A stretch of 59,657 nt of DNA, filler included, from Pseudomonadota bacterium (GTDB taxonomy: Bacteria > Bdellovibrionota_F > JAHFAK01 > JBDREC01), in NCBI GenBank assembly GCA_043820105.1. It is 4 parts of 4 records of this genome, joined end to end, with 100 filler letters (N's around TTAATTAATTAA, not from the genome) between each part and the next. Parts side by side here need not be neighbours in the genome. Positions count along the whole stretch, not along the records: positions 9,500 to 23,726 come from JBDREC010000102.1; positions 23,827 to 39,230 come from JBDREC010000103.1; 2 more parts are not named here. The stretch is one strand, 5' to 3'. Below the pieces are notes generated by a model, which was given only the letters and a program-made list of their open reading frames with translations, had not been told where the DNA came from and did not search any database. Positions 22,454-31,349 of the stretch are shown here, one piece after another (the stretch's first letter is position 1; each line of letters opens with the position of its first letter). The position numbers and the translations under genes were made by a program.

Positions 22454-23584
22454 TTATAGTCTCACTGGCATAATTACATTCAAATATTCTTCATTATCAT
22501 TAAACTGAAGCAAAACAGGGCTAACTTCGTCACTCAAGAAAATAGATACATTTTCATCAACTATATTTGTTAGTACATCCAGAAAGAATTTGGAGTTAAA
22601 ACCAAGATTCATTTCAACATCTCCATTTACATTTTGAATTTCTTCTTTTGATTCACCTATTTCTGGGTGTCTGTAAGAAAGCTCAATAGCGCCTCTTTTA
22701 AAATTAAAATTAATACATTTAATTTTATCTTGAGTATGCGATGAAATAGAAGAAACTCTTTTTAAAGTATTAAAAAGATCTTCTCTTTTTAAATCAAATT
22801 TTCTATCTGTTTTTTGTGGAATTATTCTTCTATAGTCTGGAAATTTCCCATCAATAACTCTCATTACTAAAAAAGTATCATCTTTTGCAAAAACAGCCTG
22901 ATTTTTCTTTAATTGAAAATATATTTTATCTCCACCTTCATCAAGAAGCTTTTTAAGTTCTAAAAGACCTTTTTTAGGCAAAATAACTCCGCCTTTTGCC
23001 TTTATATCAAAAGCTTTATTCATTTCTTTTTCAATTAATGCTAGCCTATGGCCATCTGTTGCTACCATTCTTAACATATTTTTTGAAGTATCATCCATTT
23101 TTTCAAGATAAACACCATTTAGATTATATCTTGTTTCTTCTTGAGAAGTGGCATAAATAGTTTTTGTAATCATTTCTTTAAAAGAATCTAAATCAAATTC
23201 CAAAAGATCCTCTTTATTATTTTCTTCAATTTTAGGAAATTCAGTAACAGGCATGGTAACAAGTTTAAAAACTGATTTTCTACTTGAAACAATAACTCTA
23301 TTATCAGGATCTAATAAAATACTAACCTTTCCTTCCGGAAGCTCTCTGACAATATCACATAAATGTCTTGAAGAAACTAAAACAGCTCCTTCTTCTTGAA
23401 TTTCAGCATCATACATTGTTTGAAAAACAATATCTAAATCAGTGGCTTTAAGTTCTATTTTACCTTTACCTTTTGTGGCTAAATATACATTTGTTAATAC
23501 AGGTAAGGTTCCTTTTTTATCTGTAATTGATTGTATCTTTGATAATCCATTTAAAAAAGAATTTCTTTCAATTGAAAACTTCAT
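22454..23584 (-). CDS. dnaN: DNA polymerase III beta sliding clamp
   Basis: ATDL, VATDGHRLA, FPDY, C-terminal IMPVRL. Confidence 0.97.
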   Translation of the reverse strand: MKFSIERNSFLNGLSKIQSITDKKGTLPVLTNVYLATKGKGKIELKATDLDIVFQTMYDAEIQEEGAVLVSSRHLCDIVRELPEGKVSILLDPDNRVIVSSRKSVFKLVTMPVTEFPKIEENNKEDLLEFDLDSFKEMITKTIYATSQEETRYNLNGVYLEKMDDTSKNMLRMVATDGHRLALIEKEMNKAFDIKAKGGVILPKKGLLELKKLLDEGGDKIYFQLKKNQAVFAKDDTFLVMRVIDGKFPDYRRIIPQKTDRKFDLKREDLFNTLKRVSSISSHTQDKIKCINFNFKRGAIELSYRHPEIGESKEEIQNVNGDVEMNLGFNSKFFLDVLTNIVDENVSIFLSDEVSPVLLQFNDNEEYLNVIMPVRL

Positions 23585-23600
23585 TTTAAAGCTCCTAATA

Positions 23601-23674
23601 CAAGTAGTAAGCTGTAAGTGATAAGTTATAAGTAAAAAACTTAAAACCTAATACATAAAGCTTAAAACTTTAAA
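23601..23674. repeat. Degenerate inverted heptamer pair upstream of dnaN: (TAAGNNN)x5 then (CTTAAAA-like)x5
   Basis: 23601-23635 and 23640-23674; first array ends 4 nt from SD AGGAG. Confidence 0.75.
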
Positions 23675-23726
23675 TTTAAATTATGCTTAATTATAGTTCA
23701 AAATATTTTTTATACTTATATTATAT

Positions 23727-23826
23727 NNNNNNNNNNNNNNNNNNNNNNNNNNNNNNNNNNNNNNNNNNNNTTAATTAATTAANNNNNNNNNNNNNNNNNN
23801 NNNNNNNNNNNNNNNNNNNNNNNNNN
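23727..23826. other. Artificial assembly linker
   Basis: N44-TTAATTAATTAA-N44. Confidence 0.98.
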
Positions 23827-23913
23827 TTTTATCCCAATTTATTAAGAACAGTTCTTAATTTGGTCCACATTGTATCAAGTATCGTTATATCTTATTATTT
23901 AGAAACAGTGCTT

Positions 23914-24009
23914 GCTAAAAGTTTTAACAGATCTCTTTTATAAAATGCATTAAAAGCAAGGAGATCGGTGCTTAGCATTTTATAAAAAAGATCTGTTAAA
24001 ACTTTTAGC
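23914..24009. repeat. 96-bp hairpin: 35-bp inverted repeat (34/35) with 26-bp loop
   Basis: Arms 23914-23948 and 23975-24009. Confidence 0.93.
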
Positions 24010-24687
24010 TTGGGTACGCAATTCGGAGATGATCCAAAAATATATTATTATTCTGAATTAATGTGTGTTTTACTTCTTCTATTAAAGAAAGAATATTTAA
24101 AACATTATTACTGTCATCCAATTTCATTAGTCTTTCATCTGAAATTATCATTCCATAGATTAAATTTTCTTTTGCTTTGAAAAAAGATAAATCAGATCCA
24201 TCATATTTAAGTTGGTCCATTGTACGTAAAAGAATCTGGTTCAAAACAGCAAGGTATGGGAATATTTTTTTATACTGATTTCTTTTCCTTTTTGCTTTTT
24301 CTATTATTTTTAAATATTCGGTGTATTTTTGAAGCCATTCTGGCGGTATTGCATTAGCTGCACTTTCAAATTCTCCTTTCAGGAATAATACTCTTGATTG
24401 AGTAAATATCCTTCCTTCTTCGCTATTATTTTCAATATAAAGATCTTTAATTCCACCTAATAGGTTAAGGTTTTCTTCTGTTTTACCAATTGAAAGTAAA
24501 TATAAATATAGCTCTTCTGAAAGAGATAAAAGTGTGCTTCGATCAATTTCAGACTTGTTGTTCTTGATTTCATCAAGGAGTATCTGGGAAATATTATTAT
24601 CAATAATGTCTGTTTTTGAATAAGAAAATAAATTGCTATGTAAAATCAGACAGAAAATGAAAAATATCCAGTGTCTCTTAAATTCAT
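24005..24687 (-). pseudogene. Probable exported protein (~227 aa) with 1-nt frameshift right after the ATG (or an assembly error)
   Basis: Frame open from 24721 to 24005 with signal-like FKRHWIFFIFCLILHSNLFS; ATG at 24687 is one base out of frame. Confidence 0.6.
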
Positions 24688-24819
24688 AGGAACTTTCTGA
24701 GACATCGTTAAAGTATAAAACTTAAAATAATTCAAAACAGGAAGAAATCAACAAGAAAAGCATGACAAGATGATCAGAATAATCTAGTCTTATTTATGGT
24801 GACATTATAATGCTTTTTT

Positions 24820-25336
24820 GATGATTCATTTTTAGATTCTTTTGATGATCCATATAGTGAAAGTGATAATGACCTTTCAATAGCAATAGTTGGTTTCAAC
24901 AGAAATCTTTTTGTCTTAACAACAGAATGGTCTGATTTGCAGGCATACGGAACTGCTGCTGAATTTGAACAATGTCAATAATTATTAAATCCCACGCAAT
25001 CTAAGGCATCATTGTCATAATAAAAAAACAATCTAGCCCGTCGTGTTGTGATTATTGATATGATAATTCCAACAGATGTATTAACACAGGATTTTGATAA
25101 ATTTTTATATGGAATTATAGTTGGAGTAGATGGAGATATAATTCACACAGATAAATCATGTTGCTCAGCTTAAAGGAATTATAATGGAACTATTAACAAC
25201 AGATCAAGTGGCAAGCGCTTTAGAAACAGGAAATTTGGAAGAATTTACACGCCAATTAAATGAAAATTTAACAAGTAAATTAGCTGATACAATTCTTTCT
25301 TCAAATGTTACAATAAAAAATATCAGAGTTGAATAA
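24820..25336 (+). pseudogene. Fragmented coding-like remnant of unknown function
   Basis: Successive protein-like stretches (DSFLDS...IAIVGFN; RRVVIID...; ...KNIRVE*) broken by stops and frameshifts. Confidence 0.4.
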
Positions 25337-25348
25337 GCCTCTATCTTA

Positions 25349-25404
25349 CTGGTGACTGGTGCTCTGGCGACTGGCGACCAAGTATTCATTGATTATTGAT
25401 TATT
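25349..25404. repeat. (CTGGYGA)-type array followed by short ATTGATT array
   Basis: Reverse complement resembles CACCAGTGCGCCAGAGCACCAG at 9339. Confidence 0.7.
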
Positions 25405-25595
25405 TTCAACGAAATGTGGGAGTACCTGGATGTGAACGGGAGCTCTTTAAATAAAGTCAAGGTTCGTTCTGTTTAATTATTCAGACCTGGCTATAAGCAA
25501 GTCGTTGCAAGTCCGGCTGTTTATTTTTTTAATCTATGTTCATCTGGGGGATCGGCTTCAAGCTAAATAGAGCAAGAAACTTGGAAATTAATTTT

Positions 25596-26723
25596 TTAAA
25601 CAAGTATCTCAGAAAATTTATGAAATGGGATAACGTGAGTTCTAAGCTCTTTTTTTTCATAATCATCATCACCTAAATGAACCTGATAAAATTGAGGGAT
25701 CTTAGATCTTTTGGAAAAATAGGCAATGTGTTTGGAAATGGATTTAGCTGAGTGTTTTGTTTCAACTGCAAAACATGGCTTAGAATTTTTTAGAACAATA
25801 AAATCAATTTCTCTTTTATCTGCATCTCTAATGAAATTAAGCTCCATTTTATCGCCTTGGGTATCCTCAATAAAGTGGCAATATTTTAATAAATGTGAGG
25901 CAACCAGGTTTTCAAATCTGCTTCCTTGATCTTGAACCATTGACCAATCCCATAAGTATAATTTCTTTTCTTTTTTAGCACATCTTAATTTATTTATTCC
26001 AAAAGGTGATATTCTATAGCAATAATATAGATTTTCTAAGATACTGATCCAGGTGTCAACAGTTTCAAAGGCAACATTTAAGTCTTCCCTAAGGCTGTTT
26101 AGGGAAAGGATTGATCCAACTTTTTCATGCAATATCGAAGATAGTAAAGACAGTTGTGAAATTTCTCTTACTTTTTCTAGATTTACTAAATCATCCTGGA
26201 TCACTCTAGTATTTCTTTCAAGCTGCCATCTTTTCCATGATCTTTTATTTGCTTTAAGAAATGGTTCTGGAAATCCACCATACTCTAAAAGCAAAGAAAG
26301 ATCGTTTTTGTTTGGTTTCTTGTTTATTTCCAGAAGTGATAAGGGATGAAGTCTATAATAATGATATCTGCCCAAAAGAGAATCACCGCCTCTTCTATAA
26401 TAATCTAGTCTAGCAGAGCCAGTTATTAGAAATTGTTTTTCAGATTTATATTCATCATAGATGCCTTTAATTAAATTTCTCCAATCTTTATATTTGTGTA
26501 TTTCATCAAATACTATCAAGTTTTCTTCTTTGGGAATTTGAGCATTTTTAATTTTTCTTTTGTTGTCTAAAATATCCCAGTTTAAATAAGCAGGATGTTT
26601 TTCATTTTTGGCATTTAAAACACTTAGTGCCATTGTTGTTTTGCCAACTTGCCGCGCACCACCAACAAATACCATTTTTTCTTTTAAATCATTTTTAATA
26701 TATTTTTTTAAATATCGATCCAT
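25596..26723 (-). CDS. AAA_14 family ATPase with DUF4143 domain
   Basis: GARQVGKTT, FDEIH, ITGS, GGFPE, KLYLWD, FEN, EIDF...ETK. Confidence 0.92.
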   Translation of the reverse strand: MDRYLKKYIKNDLKEKMVFVGGARQVGKTTMALSVLNAKNEKHPAYLNWDILDNKRKIKNAQIPKEENLIVFDEIHKYKDWRNLIKGIYDEYKSEKQFLITGSARLDYYRRGGDSLLGRYHYYRLHPLSLLEINKKPNKNDLSLLLEYGGFPEPFLKANKRSWKRWQLERNTRVIQDDLVNLEKVREISQLSLLSSILHEKVGSILSLNSLREDLNVAFETVDTWISILENLYYCYRISPFGINKLRCAKKEKKLYLWDWSMVQDQGSRFENLVASHLLKYCHFIEDTQGDKMELNFIRDADKREIDFIVLKNSKPCFAVETKHSAKSISKHIAYFSKRSKIPQFYQVHLGDDDYEKKELRTHVIPFHKFSEILV

Positions 26724-26769
26724 TTTAAAATCCTAATAAATTCGAATTAACTCTAATAGAAACACGTAT

Positions 26770-26799
26770 ATTTTAGACTAAAATCTAGTATATTGTCAA
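26770..26799 (-). promoter_or_regulatory. Sigma70-like promoter TTGACA-N18-TAAAAT with overlapping palindrome ATTTTAG-A-CTAAAAT
   Basis: Consensus -35, near-consensus -10, 46 nt upstream of the ATPase start. Confidence 0.55.
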
Positions 26800-27027
26800 T
26801 GGAAATATGAATGTTATTAAATTATAATTCCTTTTGCAGGCTTTCTTTGATTATTATTTAAACTCATTGAATAACTATAAGCTCCAGTATTAGCTATCAA
26901 CACGAAATTTACATGAAAATCAGTGTTGAATTTTTAAGATTGTCCTAGAAAGATCCTACAGATTAAATGATGCTTACTTATTAAAATATTATGATTAAGA
27001 TAGGGAATTAGGATTAAAATTTATTGC

Positions 27028-28827
27028 TTATTCAATAGCCATACAAGGACAAACGCCAAAACATATCCTGCATTTTGTACATTTATCTCTGTCGATTTCG
27101 GCTATTTCTTTCTTTTCCCATTTTATTGCACCAAATTCGCAAGCTTTTTTGCACAGACCGCATTTAATACATTTATCAGGAATAACTTTGTATTTTAGGA
27201 AGTGTGAACAAACATGAGCAGGACATTCCTTGTCAATTATGTGAGCTTCATATTCATGTCTAAAATATTTTAAGGTTGTTAAAACAGGATTTGGTGCTGT
27301 TTTTCCTAGGCCACATAATGAAGCGTCAATAATTGTTTTTGAAAGATCTTCTAATGTGTCCAGGTCTTCTATTCTGCCTTTTCCTTCACTAATTCTATGA
27401 AGGATTTCTAATAAGACCTTTGAGCCTACTCTACAAGGGGTACATTTACCGCAGCTTTCTTCTGCTGTAAATTCTAAGAAAAATTTTGCAATATCAACCA
27501 TGCAGCTTGATTCATCCATAATAACTACACCACCAGAGCCCATAATGGCGCCAGTTTTATTAATGGAGTCATAGTCAATAGGAAGGTCAAACATTGAAGC
27601 TGGAATACATCCACCGGAAGGACCTCCCAGTTGAACTGCTTTAATTTTTCTTCTTTTATTAACAGCTCCACCACCAACTTCATAAATGAGTTCTTTTAAA
27701 GTGGTTCCCATTGGAACTTCAGCAAGGCCTGTGTATTTAACTTTACCAGCTAATGCAAAAACCTTTGAACCACTTGATTTTTCTGTGCCAATGGCTGCAA
27801 ACTTTTCAGGTCCATCATAAATAATTCTTGGAAGGTTTGCGAGGGTTTCAACATTATTAACAACTGTGGGTCTTGCCCATAATCCCTTAACCGGTGGAAA
27901 TGGAGGGCGAGGTCTAGGCATTCCACGTTGATCTTCAATTGAAGCAATAAGTGCTGTTTCTTCACCACAAACAAAGGCTCCAGCACCTTCACGAATGCTG
28001 ATATCAAAACTGAAATCTGAACCTAAAATATTTTTGCCAAGGAATTTTTTTTCTCTAGCGTCTTGTAAGGCTTTGTCCAGAGTTTCAAGGGCCAAAGGAT
28101 ATTCAGCTCTGCAATATATAAAGCCTTCTGTTGCTCCAATTGCATAACCAGCAATAATCATTCCTTCCAGGACTGAATGTGGATCGCCTTCTAGTAATGA
28201 TCTATCCATGAATGCACCTGGATCGCCTTCATCAGCATTACAGATAACATATTTAACATCACCTGGAGCATTTTTACAGAAAGTCCATTTAAGAAATGTA
28301 GGGAAGCCTCCGCCGCCTCTACCTCTAACATTTGAAATTTTAACCCAATCAATTACATTATCAGGTGTGGCTTTTAGCATTTTATCAATAGCTTTATAAC
28401 CATCTCTATCCATATATTCTTGGATCGAAAATGGATTAATTACTCCAGCATTTTTCAATGCTATTCTGTGTTGATTTTTAATAACTGAAAATTCATCATC
28501 AAAAGGAACATCTTCATATGGTTTAATATTTTCATCAGCACTTCGATATTGGAACAAGGCATTCTTTTTAATTATTTCACCATTTTTTATAGTTTTTTCA
28601 AAAATATCTGGAACTTTTTCAGGATCAATTGATCCATATGTTAATTGACATCTTCCATCAACTTTTATTTCAGCAATAACTTCTTGTGCGCAAAATCCAA
28701 TGCAACCGGTTTTTAATAATTTGATATCAATATTTTCTTTTTCAATGTAATCTTTAATTGCATTATAAACATCTTCGGCTCCTGCGGCTCTTCCACAAGT
28801 TGCCATTCCTACTGTAATACTAGACAT
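27028..28827 (-). CDS. NuoF/HydB-like NAD(H)-binding flavin Fe-S subunit
   Basis: RGRGGGGFPT, CNADEGDPGAFMDR, GAFVCGEETAL, CGKCTPC, C-terminal 2x[4Fe-4S], N-terminal thioredoxin-like domain. Confidence 0.93.
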   Translation of the reverse strand: MSSITVGMATCGRAAGAEDVYNAIKDYIEKENIDIKLLKTGCIGFCAQEVIAEIKVDGRCQLTYGSIDPEKVPDIFEKTIKNGEIIKKNALFQYRSADENIKPYEDVPFDDEFSVIKNQHRIALKNAGVINPFSIQEYMDRDGYKAIDKMLKATPDNVIDWVKISNVRGRGGGGFPTFLKWTFCKNAPGDVKYVICNADEGDPGAFMDRSLLEGDPHSVLEGMIIAGYAIGATEGFIYCRAEYPLALETLDKALQDAREKKFLGKNILGSDFSFDISIREGAGAFVCGEETALIASIEDQRGMPRPRPPFPPVKGLWARPTVVNNVETLANLPRIIYDGPEKFAAIGTEKSSGSKVFALAGKVKYTGLAEVPMGTTLKELIYEVGGGAVNKRRKIKAVQLGGPSGGCIPASMFDLPIDYDSINKTGAIMGSGGVVIMDESSCMVDIAKFFLEFTAEESCGKCTPCRVGSKVLLEILHRISEGKGRIEDLDTLEDLSKTIIDASLCGLGKTAPNPVLTTLKYFRHEYEAHIIDKECPAHVCSHFLKYKVIPDKCIKCGLCKKACEFGAIKWEKKEIAEIDRDKCTKCRICFGVCPCMAIE

Positions 28828-28846
28828 AATATTTTATCATCCTTTA

Positions 28847-29344
28847 TTATTGTGATGCATTTCTATAATCATCAATGACCTTTTTAACACTGTTTGAATC
28901 AAGCTTGCCAAAAACCTTGTTATTGACCATAACAGCTGGTGCAAGTGCACAGCAACCAAGGCAGGCAACATCTTGAATAGTAAAAAGACCATCTTCAGTT
29001 GTATCTTTTGTTTCATCTAATTTCAAATATGACTTTAAACTTTCACCTAAAACTTTTGCTCCAGCAACGTGGCATGCAGTTCCCATGCAAACTTTAACAA
29101 GGTTTTTGCCAACTGGTGTGGTTCTAAATTGTGAGTAAAAAGTTAAAACACCAAAGATATGACTTTCAGAAAGGTTTAGCTTTTCTGAAAGATAACCTAC
29201 TGCGTATTCTGGAACATAACCAAATTTAACTTGAACTTGTTGTAAAAAAATCATCAAAGAATTTTTATCTTTGAATTTATCATATAGCTCATCAAGAATT
29301 GCAAAGTCTTGAGTGTTTGCAGCTGTGGTTGATTCTGTTTGCAT
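28847..29344 (-). CDS. NuoE/HydC-like [2Fe-2S] subunit (start at MQTES)
   Basis: TFYSQF, CMGTAC, CLGCC; SD AGGAG before ATG at 29344. Confidence 0.92.
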   Translation of the reverse strand: MQTESTTAANTQDFAILDELYDKFKDKNSLMIFLQQVQVKFGYVPEYAVGYLSEKLNLSESHIFGVLTFYSQFRTTPVGKNLVKVCMGTACHVAGAKVLGESLKSYLKLDETKDTTEDGLFTIQDVACLGCCALAPAVMVNNKVFGKLDSNSVKKVIDDYRNASQ

Positions 29345-29345
29345 C

Positions 29346-31340
29346 TTAGTTTTTCTCCTTGGCAAGTTTGTGTGCAGCCTTTGCAAGGCCTGTGCAATTT
29401 TCAGAAAAAATATTTTTATAATCAGGGCAATCAATGTAGTCAGGAATTGAAAATTTATTATCAAAAGCAATTTCAAATGCCTCAGTGCTTTTTAAATTTC
29501 CAGCTTTAATCATGCTTGAAGAAAGGTTTTTGAAGTGTGAAAACTTTTCAGTAATTTCTTTATCCCATAATTCTTCTGCTGAATTATAATTAAAGCTTGC
29601 ATTAAATTTAGCGGCTAAGGTTTTAAAAACACAAAAGGGTGATTTTGCTTCAAAAGTAGGCTCTATTGATTTAGATGTCTTGTTTACATGGTAATCATTG
29701 CTTATGTAAGTTCCATCTGTTTCAATCCAAACTGCAGATGGCAGTATTAGGTCCGCGTTTTGATTACTATCATTTAGGAAAATATCTTGAACAACAAGAA
29801 ATTGGCCATCTTTCTTTTCTTTTAATGAAGCGCTCATTGTATAAATGAATTTCATTTTAGAAAAATCTAAAGCTTTTGGTTCAATTCCTAATAAATATAG
29901 GCCTAAAGAGTTATTATTTGAGCTTAAACCAAAACACTTAATATTATTTATTTCCTTAACTTTGGAAATATCATCTCCTGCTTTATAAAATAAATAAGTT
30001 GCACCTTTTGCATGTTCTGCTAGTGACTCAGCGTCTTTTAAGTTAATGCTTGCATATTTTGAAAGCTCATTCTTGTTCTTATCAACAACAATAAGATTAA
30101 CCTTATTTTTTATAATTGCTTGCTTAATATAAGAGGCAGCAACTGGATTTTCTTTTGTTATATTGTAATTATATATTACTATTGTATCTAGATTTTTTAA
30201 ATCAGCATAATTTTTATTAAAAGCGCCAAAAGCTTCAAAATGAGTAATGTTTTGAGTTTTGATTACTTCTGTAAAGAATTTATTCGCGCTAAATAAATCT
30301 TCACATGAATACTTAGGAGATAAAATGGCTGCTGTCGAATCCTTGCCAGCTTCTTTTAGTTTAGAGCTAATTAAATCAAAAGCCTCATCCCAGGAAGCCA
30401 CAACAAAGTCGCCATCTTTTTTAATTAATGGAGTTTTAACTCTTTTATCAGAATTAACAAAACTGAAGCCAAAGCGGCCATTGATACAAAGCCTTCCATT
30501 ATTTGGATTTAAGTTTTCATTGCCATTTACTTTTACAACCTTGCCATCAATAATTTTTAAATCTAGTTGGCAGCCTGTGCCACAATAGTAACAAGTGGCT
30601 TTTGCCCATTCCCCGCTCCACATTCTTGAATCAAATCTTTCTTGTTTTTCAAAGAGGGCGCCAACTGGACAAACTTGTATACATTCTCCACAATAGACAC
30701 AGTCTGAGGTTGGTAAAGTCTTGTCACCTTTTACAACTATTTTTGATATGTTTCCTCGATAGCCATAAGAGATAGCGTTATTAACTTGAATATCATTACA
30801 AGCTTGAACACATCTTCCACAAAGAATACATCTTGAATGGTCTCTACCAATAAGATCATCATCAAGTTCAATTTGATATTTAGGTTTCATACCATCTAGT
30901 CTGCGATAGTTAACTTGATATTTATAGGCTAAAGCCTGGAGATCGCATGTTCCATATGCAACACAAATATCATTGGCTTTATCATATTCACAAGTCTTTT
31001 CCTGAAACTCTGTCCAATCATTTTCTTTAAGACCTCTGATAGAACAGTTATGATTGCCTGAAATAAGCAGTAATTCAATTACCAGCTTTCTGCATTTTCT
31101 AATTTCAGGGGTTTCAGTTTTAATATCCATATTTTTTTCAGCGGGTGTAGAACAAGCTGTCAGAAGAGCTCTGCCGCCTTTTGCTTCAACAAGACAAATT
31201 CTGCAAGCTCCTGTTGGATGAGCACCCTTTAGGTGACAAAGAGTTGGAATCCAAACATTATTTCTCCTTGCTACATCCAGAATGGTTTCGCCTGGAGTGA
31301 AGGTATAAACATGTCCATTTAATTTAATAGTATTTTCCAT
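29346..31340 (-). CDS. NuoG/FdhA-like poly-Fe-S subunit with shortened molybdopterin-fold domain
   Basis: IPTLCH, GACRIC, CILCGRC, CVYCGEC, CYYCGTGC...LC; abbreviated C-terminal half. Confidence 0.85.
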   Translation of the reverse strand: MENTIKLNGHVYTFTPGETILDVARRNNVWIPTLCHLKGAHPTGACRICLVEAKGGRALLTACSTPAEKNMDIKTETPEIRKCRKLVIELLLISGNHNCSIRGLKENDWTEFQEKTCEYDKANDICVAYGTCDLQALAYKYQVNYRRLDGMKPKYQIELDDDLIGRDHSRCILCGRCVQACNDIQVNNAISYGYRGNISKIVVKGDKTLPTSDCVYCGECIQVCPVGALFEKQERFDSRMWSGEWAKATCYYCGTGCQLDLKIIDGKVVKVNGNENLNPNNGRLCINGRFGFSFVNSDKRVKTPLIKKDGDFVVASWDEAFDLISSKLKEAGKDSTAAILSPKYSCEDLFSANKFFTEVIKTQNITHFEAFGAFNKNYADLKNLDTIVIYNYNITKENPVAASYIKQAIIKNKVNLIVVDKNKNELSKYASINLKDAESLAEHAKGATYLFYKAGDDISKVKEINNIKCFGLSSNNNSLGLYLLGIEPKALDFSKMKFIYTMSASLKEKKDGQFLVVQDIFLNDSNQNADLILPSAVWIETDGTYISNDYHVNKTSKSIEPTFEAKSPFCVFKTLAAKFNASFNYNSAEELWDKEITEKFSHFKNLSSSMIKAGNLKSTEAFEIAFDNKFSIPDYIDCPDYKNIFSENCTGLAKAAHKLAKEKN

Positions 31341-31349
31341 ATTATTTTT

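Noticed and set aside
23585-23726. oriC/dnaA expected upstream of dnaN
   Set aside because: No DnaA boxes seen and the contig ends; absence of dnaA cannot be interpreted.
23914-24009. Integron attC site
   Set aside because: TAAC/GTTA cores exist but do not fit RYYYAAC/GTTRRRY well, pairing extends beyond them, and no integrase or second site is visible.
25408-25570. Moderately GC-rich intergenic stretch downstream of the ATPase (possible ncRNA)
   Set aside because: No convincing stem set, promoter or known motif could be identified by eye.
29345-29476. 44-aa N-terminal extension of the NuoE-like ORF
   Set aside because: Overlaps the upstream gene; SD and homology point to ATG 29344.
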